A program made the translations under genes and the position numbers. A model generated the notes under the pieces. The model searched no databases and was not told the origin of the DNA. It was given only the letters and a program-made list of their open reading frames with translations. Of a stretch of 22,976 nucleotides of DNA, positions 1 to 8,280 are shown one piece after another (the first letter of the stretch is position 1; each line of letters starts with the position of its first letter). The DNA is from a bacterium (GTDB taxonomy: Bacteria; Zhuqueibacterota; Zhuqueibacteria; Oceanimicrobiales; Oceanimicrobiaceae): positions 1 through 22,976 of the forward strand of contig JBHHYI010000058.1 in the NCBI GenBank assembly GCA_046757525.1, read 5' to 3'.

Positions 1-1
1 G

Positions 2-733
2 TTCCCTCTCGTAAGCGGCAATGGCGCGGCCGTAATTCAGAGTGTCGATGATCGCTGCCCCCGGTTTACTGGCCACATCTTCCGGAAAGGCGTCCTGGAA
101 GCGCTTGACATATTCCGGAATGGCTCGCAATCTGACGATGACGCTGTCCAGAGCAGCGGCAGCCGAATAGGCGTCCCCTTTCATCTCGACCCGCGAACCG
201 ATGGGTTTCTTGGCCTGTTGTTCCAGGCCCCGGGTGCGTCCGTCCAAAAACTGGAAGCCAACTGCGGAAGGCACGCCACTTTCGTCGGCGTTGAACGCCG
301 TGTTCCAAATCGAAGGCGTGTGGCGCGGCTCTAACTGAATCGCCTCGCCAGTGATGTCCGACCGCGAGACGATGCGGTTGGGCCCCAGGCCAGACCCACT
401 GGTGCCTGCACCAAACTGCCGGCGATCAGCAAATCCGAAATCGGGATGGTGGCAGGTACCGCAGGCGACATTCTTTTCCCCACCAAGAATGGGATCGAAG
501 AAAATCAACCTGCCCAGAGAAATCCTTTCCTGCCGCGGCAAGTTGTCCGGGGGATAGGGAATTTCACCCAGGGTTTGAAGATTGAAACGCGTGCGCAAGT
601 CTTCCTGGGGCTGCACCGGAGAATTGTCGTTGCTGTCGCTGCACCCGGGCAAAAAGACGAGCAGTCCAAATACGAGAAAAGCCAAAGCACTGAAACGCCA
701 TGCTCGGCTTGAAGTTTGAGTACATTTGTACAT
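2..733 (-). CDS. Di-heme cytochrome c peroxidase/MauG-family lipoprotein, 5' part (runs off the window start)
   Basis: Not in the ORF track because there is no stop in the window. Manual translation from ATG 733 (SD AGGAGG at 741-746): MYKCTQTSSRAWRFSALAFLVFGLLVFLPGCSDS..., with lipobox LPG-C31. It continues LGRLIFFDPILGGEKNVACGTCHHP (CxxCH at 449-463), PRHTPSIWN, QFLDGRTRGLEQQAKKPIGSRVEM and AIAAYER, all typical CcpA/MauG N-domain motifs. Confidence 0.92.
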   Translation of the reverse strand, partial: MYKCTQTSSRAWRFSALAFLVFGLLVFLPGCSDSNDNSPVQPQEDLRTRFNLQTLGEIPYPPDNLPRQERISLGRLIFFDPILGGEKNVACGTCHHPDFGFADRRQFGAGTSGSGLGPNRIVSRSDITGEAIQLEPRHTPSIWNTAFNADESGVPSAVGFQFLDGRTRGLEQQAKKPIGSRVEMKGDAYSAAAALDSVIVRLRAIPEYVKRFQDAFPEDVASKPGAAIIDTLNYGRAIAAYERE

Positions 734-1299
734 AATGTAGCCTCCTAAATGTAAGAACCAATATTCCTTCCAACTCTAAGAAAAAAGATTGCACAACAGC
801 ACCTATTGGGGCGGACTTCTTTGAGACATGTCAAAACACCTCCTCTCGTAGTTTGTGAGGATTCCCTCTAATATTGAAGATATGTAGCCCGAATTCCGAA
901 ATCTAATGCCCGACTGCCGTCAGTGCTAATTTGGACAAGAGATGTTGTAGGGGTGAGTGCAAATCAGATATTCGGTGGATTACAGACAGTATACTCTGTA
1001 CTACGAGTACTCAGGACGGCTCACGCCTGCCGGTGATTGTTAGCCAGGCGAAGAAGGCCCAGAGCCTCCAGACCTTGATTGGCGACTGCTGTCAAGCAGT
1101 TCCCTGCTGCCAACGGTCTACCACATTATTCAATTTCAGAACCAGGTTTCAATCTATATCGACAAAACGCTGCATTTGCCGAAAGCAAACGACTCTCACA
1201 AACACTAAACTTCGCAGGGGGGAGGTGGCCTAAGGTTGCCACGCAAGCACCGAATGCCACGCGGAGGCAACGCATGCAAGATTCTGCTCGCCGATAATA

Positions 1300-3438
1300 T
1301 TATTTGGTAGTGAACTCAAAAACGCCGTCCCAGTTTTCAGGCGGGGGATTCTCGATGCAATCGAGACAGCGTTTAATGTAAACCCGTGACGGGCCATCGG
1401 TTGGAAAATATTGCAAAATGCGCTTAAATTCGGTCAAGGCCTGATACCATTTTCGCGCCTTGTAATATTTCAAACCCTCGGTGTAGACATCGATGACCAA
1501 TTCTTTTTCGATGGAAGGAATTGAGCCCAGACCGCGCAGTTCGTAAATTCTTACCGGTTTCTTTTTCCCTTTCACCCGCACCAGATCTAACTCTCTGACG
1601 ATGGCTTTGCGTCGGACCGCCCGGTAGGTAAACTCGCTGATGATTATCGTCGTGCCGTATTGTTTGTTCGCCCCCTCTAATCGTGCCCCAAGGTTCACTT
1701 CGTCGCCAATGACGGTGTAATCGAAAAGCTGCGACGAACCTAAGTTCCCGATGATCATTTTGCCAGAGTTGACGCCCACGCCGATTTGAAAATAGTCCTG
1801 GTTGTTGGCAGACCATTTCCGCTGCAGCGCCCTGAGCCGCTCAACCATCTTCAAAGCGGTGATGCAAGCTTTTTCAGCGTGGTTTTTGAATTTATGCGGC
1901 GCCCCGTAAATGGCCATGATTTCGTCCCCCACAAATTTGTCCAGCGTGCCTTCGTTTTCAAATATGACGTCCACCATGGAGGACAAGTACTCGTTCAAGC
2001 GGTGCACCACTTCTTGCGAGCTGTGCCGTTCCGTGTAAGTGGTGAAACCGCGAATATCAGAAAAGAGTACGGTCAGCTCACGCCTTTCACCGCCAAAGGT
2101 GGGCATCTTGCCGCTTTCCAGCATCTTGTCGACCACATCTTTGGCCATGAAGTGCTGCCAGGTTTTCTTGATTCGGATCCGTTCCCTCTGTTCCGTAAGG
2201 GTCTGGTGTATGACGTTGCCCACAAAGCTCAACATAATCCCCAGCGTGGGTGCGGTCACCTGCACCCAAACCAGGTGGTGCAAAAAGGCGTAGAAGCCAT
2301 AAATGAAATAAGCCAATAGCACCCCGATGACCGCAAACATGCCCCGAAACGGTTTCAACCACTTGGTCAGCACCATGGACAAGAGGGAAACGATGAATAC
2401 CAGCAGCCAGGTCAGAAGAGGGCTTTCCGTGACGATATAATCTTGCCTCAGCAAAGTGCTCAAGGCATTGGCGTGCATTTCCACGCCCGGCACTTTGCGT
2501 TTCTTGCCCTTGTATTCGAAAAATGGCGTCAGTTTGTTGTCCTGCAGTTCTTCGGCAGAGGCGCCAATAAATACGATTTTGTCCTTAAAAGTGCCGTCCA
2601 ATTTGTAGAACTCAAAAATATCGGTGTCCTCGTCGTCTGGCAAGTCAAAACTGGCGTCGTCAAGGATGCTGGAAAAAGAATAGGTGGGGAACGATTTCGC
2701 CGGGCCGCGAAAATTCACCAGCATGGTGTTGAAATCCTTCTTGGGAACGCGGCGATTGCCAACGATGAAATAGCCATCACTGTCGATTTTGACCCGCTGC
2801 CTGGCTTTGCCTTGCAAGGCCAGGAAGGTACGCACCGAAAGCGGTAAGTAGAGATCATTGCTGCGGTTCTCGAACAGCAGATAGCGCCGAATGAAGCCGT
2901 CCTGATCTTCGATGACGTTTATGAGGCCCCAGCTTGCGCCCGCCCTCAGCAACAGGGGGATGGGGGGCAGCATGTAGGAGTTTACAATATCGTTGGAGGC
3001 ATATTCCTTGACCAGTTTCCCGGCCAGGATGACATTGCCCGCCCGTTTTATGGCTGCGGCCAGCACCAGATCTTCCCGTTCATCTCTGGCTGGCTCGGTA
3101 AACTCCACGTCTAAGATGATCAGCCTGACCCCCGCTTCCGCAAGATTAAGAATGGCTTTCGCATAAAGCGCCCTGGAAAACGGCCATCTCCGTTTTAAGG
3201 AGACGAAACTTTGATCGTCAATTCCAACGATGGCGATATTGTCTTGTTGAGTTTCCATGGCCCCGCGCAGCCGGAAGCGAGCGTCGTAGGTCTTCAACTC
3301 GAAGCTTTCGAATTGGGGCACGTAGGAAAGAATGATGGCCAGCAGGGCCGATATGACGGCGATAAAGATGCCAAACGGCCACTTCTTCGACCAAAAATTA
3401 CCCAATTTAGCTAAAAGGCTCGAATAACTATCTTTCAT
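1300..3438 (-). CDS. CHASE2-domain class III adenylate cyclase with C-terminal TPR-like tail
   Basis: N-terminal TM helix, CHASE2 motifs (ELKTYDARF, IAIVGIDDQS, WPFSR, DQDGFIRR, FKDKIVFIG, PGVEMHANAL), then three TM helices. Cyclase motifs LFSDIRGFT, LDKFVGDEIMA and DYTVIGDEVNLGARLE, where the K and T residues point to ATP specificity. Tail ends ...PPPENWDGVF. Confidence 0.95.
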   Translation of the reverse strand: MKDSYSSLLAKLGNFWSKKWPFGIFIAVISALLAIILSYVPQFESFELKTYDARFRLRGAMETQQDNIAIVGIDDQSFVSLKRRWPFSRALYAKAILNLAEAGVRLIILDVEFTEPARDEREDLVLAAAIKRAGNVILAGKLVKEYASNDIVNSYMLPPIPLLLRAGASWGLINVIEDQDGFIRRYLLFENRSNDLYLPLSVRTFLALQGKARQRVKIDSDGYFIVGNRRVPKKDFNTMLVNFRGPAKSFPTYSFSSILDDASFDLPDDEDTDIFEFYKLDGTFKDKIVFIGASAEELQDNKLTPFFEYKGKKRKVPGVEMHANALSTLLRQDYIVTESPLLTWLLVFIVSLLSMVLTKWLKPFRGMFAVIGVLLAYFIYGFYAFLHHLVWVQVTAPTLGIMLSFVGNVIHQTLTEQRERIRIKKTWQHFMAKDVVDKMLESGKMPTFGGERRELTVLFSDIRGFTTYTERHSSQEVVHRLNEYLSSMVDVIFENEGTLDKFVGDEIMAIYGAPHKFKNHAEKACITALKMVERLRALQRKWSANNQDYFQIGVGVNSGKMIIGNLGSSQLFDYTVIGDEVNLGARLEGANKQYGTTIIISEFTYRAVRRKAIVRELDLVRVKGKKKPVRIYELRGLGSIPSIEKELVIDVYTEGLKYYKARKWYQALTEFKRILQYFPTDGPSRVYIKRCLDCIENPPPENWDGVFEFTTK

Positions 3439-3451
3439 CGCTGTAATATTG

Positions 3452-3488
3452 AAAAAGAGGCAGGGAAACTGATTTCCGCTGCCTCTTT
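3452..3488 (-). terminator. Intrinsic terminator-like hairpin between the outer-membrane protein gene and the cyclase
   Basis: Minus strand AAAGAGGCAGCGGAAA-TCAG-TTTCCCTGCCTCTTTTT: a GC-rich stem followed by a T run. Confidence 0.7.
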
Positions 3489-3512
3489 AAACTTGTAAAT
3501 GGTCAAAAAGTT

Positions 3513-6071
3513 CTAAAATCTTTTTTCATAATAAACCCGCAGGATTCGGTCGGTAAACGAGGGATTGCTCGAAAGAACCAGATTGGTGGTATTGTCCACC
3601 GTCCGACCGTTGTCGCTAAACTTAATAAGATGTCCATCGATGGTGACGAACTGACCGGGCGTGATCTCAAGCCGCAGGCCCAGGTTAAGAGCAACGCGAC
3701 TGTAATCGGAAATCGTGAGCACGGTGCCGGCTAAATTGCTGCCCGAACCAGAAGTAAAATTCGAATTAAGATGCGTACGCAACCGACGATTGAAGAGCAA
3801 ATATTCCATTTTCAGACCGTACATCTTGAAATTGAACGTGTTGGCCCCCCCGCCAAATTTGTTGTCGTTTCTGGCAAAACTGAACGTGGTGACGAGTGGT
3901 ATTCGATGTTGGGTTCTAATGGAGAAGAGCTCCACATTAGAAGCCAGATCGGACAGCACCCGGCCGAAGTGATCGTTCCGGTCCGACTTGATGTAGCTGA
4001 ACGAAACCGTGTGGTCCAACTGTAAAAGCCGCACATCGTAGTTTACCTGCGCCGACAAATCTTTGGTGGTGTTGTTTTCCCTTGGGTCCACCGGATCCGT
4101 GGTCAGGAATTGATTGATATCGTTATCTCGATTGTGATTGCGGAAGTTAAAACTAAAATTGGGCAGGCCCTGTCCGGGATAGAGGGTCATCCCGTAGTAG
4201 AACGTGTTGAGTTTGGTGCTCGGACTGCCATTGTCCCGGGAAAAATTGTCCCGGTAACGCTCAAAGCCAAAATTGACAAAGACCTTGTTTCGGTACACCC
4301 TGAGACGGTCCTGAAGTGAAAAGCCCCTGAGGTCGGTGCGCAAGTAGCTATTTGCTAAAGAAATGTATTCTGACCCCACGGACTTATAGCCAAACTGAAG
4401 GTTGTTGTTAAGATAGTTAAATCGGACATTCACATTCCACGCCAACGCAGTCAATTCTCTTGGGTCCAACGGTGTGGTGCTGGAATTGATGATGATGAAA
4501 TCCTCGAAGTCTTTCGGATTGATGGGTAGGTCTACGTCAAAATTGTCCTTGAACTGCTGTTTGCTCAAAGCGCCGTTGCTGATGTCTTTGGTAAAAAAAC
4601 TGGTGGCCACGCCGCCGCGCACTTCGAAGCGCCGATTGTCGAAGGCAAACAACATGTCCGTCCCGACCACCAGATTGTCTTGCGGCGGCCGGCTCGATTC
4701 CGACAGTTTCAAGGAATTGGTGTCTTCCCGCACGTTGACAAAGTTGAATCCCCATTGAAAATGTTTGCCACTGCCAAAACTCGGCCGAATACCGAACAAC
4801 CGCTGTTTGTAGGTACCTGTGGTGGTCACCAGTGTGGAGTCCAAACCCACAGCATTCATAAGCGGCAAACCTGTGGCAGGATCGATGACCGCGGTGCGAA
4901 TGGCCGAGATCTTGCGCACGGTCTGACCGTGCACCACGTCCACGTTGAAGAATCCCAGGTGTAACCTGCCGTAGATGCCGCGAACGCGTTTGCCCCACAG
5001 CATCAGATCGTTGAAGCGCGGATAGGTGTCGCCAAAGGTAACGCCCAGGATGGGCAATTGCACGTTGAGGGTGTAGCGGTGCCGTGGCTGCGAACGACCG
5101 CTTTCGCGCGAGGTCAAGAGCAAACGGGCGTCGTATTCGGCCACACCGTACTGGCCGTGCAGGTTGCCACCGATGTTGTTGTCGCTGTATTTCCGCTTGC
5201 TAATGCTCTCCTGACGCGTCTCCGCAAAAACTCTCCCACGTAGTACGGTAGACCGTCTCACAGTCTTGGTCTCTCCCACCACAGTGAACGACCATTTCGC
5301 CGGCGGCAACTCGGCGCCCGAAGCATAATATCCCTGGATCAGGACGGAATGCGGACCGGGTTTGAGATCCGAGGTGATGAAGGTGATGAGATTCTCATTG
5401 ACATCGGCGCTGAGGGTAACATTCAACCCATCAACAAAAATGTTGATGCTTTGGGAATCGATAGAGTCTTCGCTTGCCATCAGAGATGCGGCGATCACAA
5501 TATCTTCTTCGTTGCTAATCTTCTCACCCTTTTCCGGACTCAAAATCAGAATCGGTGACTCGGAGGTCACATCTTCAACATCCGTACTGAGATATTCTTC
5601 CAGGTTGGATTTTTGACCCGACAAATCGGGTTGATTGGAAGGCTGAGCTGTGGGAACCATACCCGCAGCGATTTTCACCACAACAGGATTGCCGTAAGGA
5701 TTCCAGTTGGGATAGGTCAACACAGAATTGTCCGTCAAAAGGGCTAAAATAAAATATTGCAGTTCTGGAGGCGAAAATTCCCCGGGGTCTAACTCGGCAA
5801 AGTATTTGGTCGAACTCCTGGTCATCTCGATGTAGTTGAAGGTCTGCTCCCCTTCAGAGCGGTAGTACAGGCGCATGTAGATCACGTTTTGCAGGGCGCC
5901 AGCCACATTAGCCTCCACCACCAGTTTTTCATTCTCCCTCAAAGAGGACACCGGCGCGTGCACGATGTACCCCTTGGCTGTTTCGTTCCCGGAAGAACTG
6001 TGCGCCCCCATCACCGATCCAAGATCAAGGCCTACCGAAATGCCTATGATTACAAAAAATAGCTTTCTCAT
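3513..6071 (-). CDS. Large outer-membrane protein: signal peptide, two Ig-like segments, C-terminal beta-barrel
   Basis: 852-aa ORF with a signal peptide and beta-rich N-terminal domains separated by a P/S/Q linker. The C-terminal part has many alternating amphipathic strands and ends ILRVYYEKRF (terminal Phe, beta-signal-like). Confidence 0.8.
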   Translation of the reverse strand: MRKLFFVIIGISVGLDLGSVMGAHSSSGNETAKGYIVHAPVSSLRENEKLVVEANVAGALQNVIYMRLYYRSEGEQTFNYIEMTRSSTKYFAELDPGEFSPPELQYFILALLTDNSVLTYPNWNPYGNPVVVKIAAGMVPTAQPSNQPDLSGQKSNLEEYLSTDVEDVTSESPILILSPEKGEKISNEEDIVIAASLMASEDSIDSQSINIFVDGLNVTLSADVNENLITFITSDLKPGPHSVLIQGYYASGAELPPAKWSFTVVGETKTVRRSTVLRGRVFAETRQESISKRKYSDNNIGGNLHGQYGVAEYDARLLLTSRESGRSQPRHRYTLNVQLPILGVTFGDTYPRFNDLMLWGKRVRGIYGRLHLGFFNVDVVHGQTVRKISAIRTAVIDPATGLPLMNAVGLDSTLVTTTGTYKQRLFGIRPSFGSGKHFQWGFNFVNVREDTNSLKLSESSRPPQDNLVVGTDMLFAFDNRRFEVRGGVATSFFTKDISNGALSKQQFKDNFDVDLPINPKDFEDFIIINSSTTPLDPRELTALAWNVNVRFNYLNNNLQFGYKSVGSEYISLANSYLRTDLRGFSLQDRLRVYRNKVFVNFGFERYRDNFSRDNGSPSTKLNTFYYGMTLYPGQGLPNFSFNFRNHNRDNDINQFLTTDPVDPRENNTTKDLSAQVNYDVRLLQLDHTVSFSYIKSDRNDHFGRVLSDLASNVELFSIRTQHRIPLVTTFSFARNDNKFGGGANTFNFKMYGLKMEYLLFNRRLRTHLNSNFTSGSGSNLAGTVLTISDYSRVALNLGLRLEITPGQFVTIDGHLIKFSDNGRTVDNTTNLVLSSNPSFTDRILRVYYEKRF

Positions 6072-6100
6072 TTTAGGTTGTCCCCGCGAGTTGAAGTCAC

Positions 6101-6778
6101 TCAGAATTGTAAAATGAGTTTTTTCTTGTTGTGATCCTTATCTTCGAAGAATATCTCGATTTTCGAACCTAACTCATCTTCTCCCATTTCAAAAACGTCG
6201 TTTGGATTTCCTGTGAATCGCTGAGGCGCAGAGCCGCGCACGATGCGCCCCATCTCGTTGGCGCCTAACAACAGCGAACCCAACTGGTTGATCAGCTCGA
6301 TCAAACCTTTTTTGCAAAAGACCACAAAGGTATCGTTTAGATACAGACAGTTGAGTTCGGTGCCTTTGACCGTTGCCACCCCGGACGGCGTTTCTATGCG
6401 CATGGCGGCGCTCCTTTGCCTGGATACCTTTGCCCACAACTCACCGGCGTTGAGCGTCAAGGTTTTTATGATGCTGTTTTTTTCTCTTTTGCCCTTAATG
6501 GTGACGCTGGAGTTTGCCCGGATTTTCATCAAGGTCTTATCATCCGTGAAAACCACGGCCGCCAATGAGCTGGCGCCCGTGCGAACCACCTGCCCCGAAT
6601 CCAACCGATTGCCTCGTCTGGCAAGCACCCAGTTTCTTCTGCCGCTTTGCCGTATTTCCACCTTGCCCTTGGTTTTTATCATAAGGGCTACGTCTTTGTC
6701 GTTATCTGCAAACACGTTTCCACAAAGTAGAAGCGCGCAGAAAGCGACCGCAGAAAAACTCGCAAAAAATAATTTCAT
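6101..6778 (-). CDS. Secreted/periplasmic FecR-domain protein
   Basis: Signal peptide (..VFA-D), then FecR motifs GQVVRTGASSLAAVVFTDDKTLMKIRANS, LNAGELWAKV and IETPSGVATVKGT. Confidence 0.88.
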   Translation of the reverse strand: MKLFFASFSAVAFCALLLCGNVFADNDKDVALMIKTKGKVEIRQSGRRNWVLARRGNRLDSGQVVRTGASSLAAVVFTDDKTLMKIRANSSVTIKGKREKNSIIKTLTLNAGELWAKVSRQRSAAMRIETPSGVATVKGTELNCLYLNDTFVVFCKKGLIELINQLGSLLLGANEMGRIVRGSAPQRFTGNPNDVFEMGEDELGSKIEIFFEDKDHNKKKLILQF

Positions 6779-6816
6779 GGCATGGCCTCAAACAAAAATT
6801 AGTTTCTCAAAATCAA

Positions 6817-7920
6817 CTATTGATCTTCAACCCGAAAGCCTTTGTAATTCGACCTGAGCTTATTTATCTTGGCGATCAAATCCGGCAGGTTTACTTTCTT
6901 GCCGTTGTACAATACCCGGGTAGGATGGTAACCGTAAAGCTCGCCGTTTTCACCAAAAAGCTTCTTGGGATCGATGCCCAGGGAACTCAACAAGTTTGCC
7001 AATAGAATCTCCAGCTCCCTGTTGCCCGATTGCAAGTCGTCCAGGTTGGCCACTCTAAAACAGTAGATTTCACTGGGGAAAAGGACATCGCCGCTGGAGG
7101 TTGAAACGATTCCGGTAACGCGCCAGTAATAAGACCCTCCCGGCCGCAACGACAACTCCTCCCCGGAAGATGGATACTGAAAAGTCGTGGAAGGGATGTC
7201 GGTACCAACCTCTAAAACCCTTTCAAACCTGGGCCGTTGATTCAAGGCGTCTTCGGGATCTTCGCCCAACCGCGCTTCCGCGATGACGACTTTGAAGCGC
7301 CTGAAATCCGATTCCCACCGGAATTGAGGCAACGTCGAAAAAAGCTCGGGACAGTCCTCGTTTGCCGCATTGACCGGATCGCCCGGGAAAATCAAGTCCA
7401 GCGTGTTGGGGTTGGTAACCACGATATCGATATCTTCATTAGCCGGAAACACGCCGTGAGGAGTATCGATTTCCCGGATAACCACAGCAAAGGTGTAGGT
7501 GCCGGATGGCAGCTTGCCTGTCGCCAGAATGCTGTCGATTAATTTATTGCCAGCCTCATCCAGACTGTACTCAATCAGGCGGTAGGGGTCCAAACTCGAA
7601 AAGAGATTTTGATTGGTCAGGCGCAGGTGTTCATGGGCTTGAAGGGTAAAGACACCGGACAAGCCGTTGGAAAGGCGTTCCGAGGTGTCCTTGAAGATTT
7701 CCAATTTTAGTTCTACCTGACGCGCCTGCGCGTCTTCGTTGAAGATGTCGATGGCAAAAATGACTGGACCCGTGGTGGGACTGTTGATGTCGAAATCGCT
7801 GAGAAAAAAGACTTCCAGTTGACGGTTGATTATGGTGGTTTCTACCCTGATGCCGGCAAAGCCCAGGCGCACCAAAGCCAAAACCATCAAAACCGCCGAA
7901 GTCCTGAGAAGAAGCTTCAT
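6817..7920 (-). CDS. Hypothetical secreted beta-sandwich protein, first gene of the operon
   Basis: Likely start is ATG 7920 (MKLLLRTSAVLMVLALVRLGFAG), preceded by GAGGAGGGAGGT, rather than the track start at 8034. Ig/FN3-like motifs LPSGTYTF, PQFRWES and LRPGGSYYWRV. Confidence 0.8.
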   Translation of the reverse strand: MKLLLRTSAVLMVLALVRLGFAGIRVETTIINRQLEVFFLSDFDINSPTTGPVIFAIDIFNEDAQARQVELKLEIFKDTSERLSNGLSGVFTLQAHEHLRLTNQNLFSSLDPYRLIEYSLDEAGNKLIDSILATGKLPSGTYTFAVVIREIDTPHGVFPANEDIDIVVTNPNTLDLIFPGDPVNAANEDCPELFSTLPQFRWESDFRRFKVVIAEARLGEDPEDALNQRPRFERVLEVGTDIPSTTFQYPSSGEELSLRPGGSYYWRVTGIVSTSSGDVLFPSEIYCFRVANLDDLQSGNRELEILLANLLSSLGIDPKKLFGENGELYGYHPTRVLYNGKKVNLPDLIAKINKLRSNYKGFRVEDQ

Positions 7921-7965
7921 GGTACCTCCCTCCTCTTTTAAAATTGGAATTATATGCGCGTGACA

Positions 7966-7981
7966 AGCAAAATGAATGCCA
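7966..7981 (-). promoter_or_regulatory. Sigma54 (-24/-12) promoter
   Basis: Minus strand TGGCATTCATTTTGCT matches TGGCAY-N5-TTGCW with exact GG/GC spacing, about 45 nt upstream of ATG 7920. Confidence 0.65.
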
Positions 7982-8159
7982 AATCGTCTAACATTACCAA
8001 ATATGAAGAGACTGTCAACAGAATGACTCTGCAATTGTCACAAAAACGTTAACTTCAGAAGCACGTGTCTCAATTTCGTACAATTTAAATACCTGATAAA
8101 TAGTGAATATGAAGAGAAGATTTCAAAAAAAGACCTTTCTCGCTCCAGGGGAGAGTCGG

Positions 8160-8232
8160 CTTTGGCGTGCGCAAGCCCTGCTTGCGCCTTCGAACCGTGC
8201 AAACGCTGAAGCTGGGCTTCAACACTCCAAAG
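8160..8232. repeat. REP-like doublet (nested palindromes)
   Basis: Outer inverted repeat CTTTGGCGTG...CACTCCAAAG encloses hairpins GCGCAAGC-cct-GCTTGCGC (8169-8187) and TGAAGC-tgg-GCTTCA (8207-8221). Confidence 0.65.
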
Positions 8233-8280
8233 GGCGGTTCGTTAACTCCACATTCAAGCAGAAACTTTTGACACTACCGC

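Noticed and set aside
66..794. Track ORFs 66-308, 351-557, 446-712, 505-690 and 564-794
   Set aside because: They are shadow or alternative frames of the real peroxidase gene (minus strand from 733).
776..829. Amber read-through (pyrrolysine or recoding) extending the peroxidase from ATG 829
   Set aside because: The peroxidase has its own SD and signal peptide at 733, TAG acts as a normal stop elsewhere in the window (3513, 18758, 21927), and an in-frame arrangement arises by chance one time in three.
1020..1110. Possible cobalamin or c-di-GMP riboswitch
   Set aside because: Only isolated fragments such as GGGAA are present; the conserved cores and spacing are absent.
931..1297. Plus-strand ORFs 931-1233 and 1079-1297
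   Set aside because: No SD, TTG starts, atypical composition and no recognisable motifs.
7986..7992. GTCTAAC resembling an attC R'' box
   Set aside because: No paired arm or matching R' box nearby.
7921..8034. N-terminal extension of the 6817-8034 ORF
   Set aside because: A strong SD and signal peptide at 7920 indicate the real start, and the extension overlaps promoter motifs.
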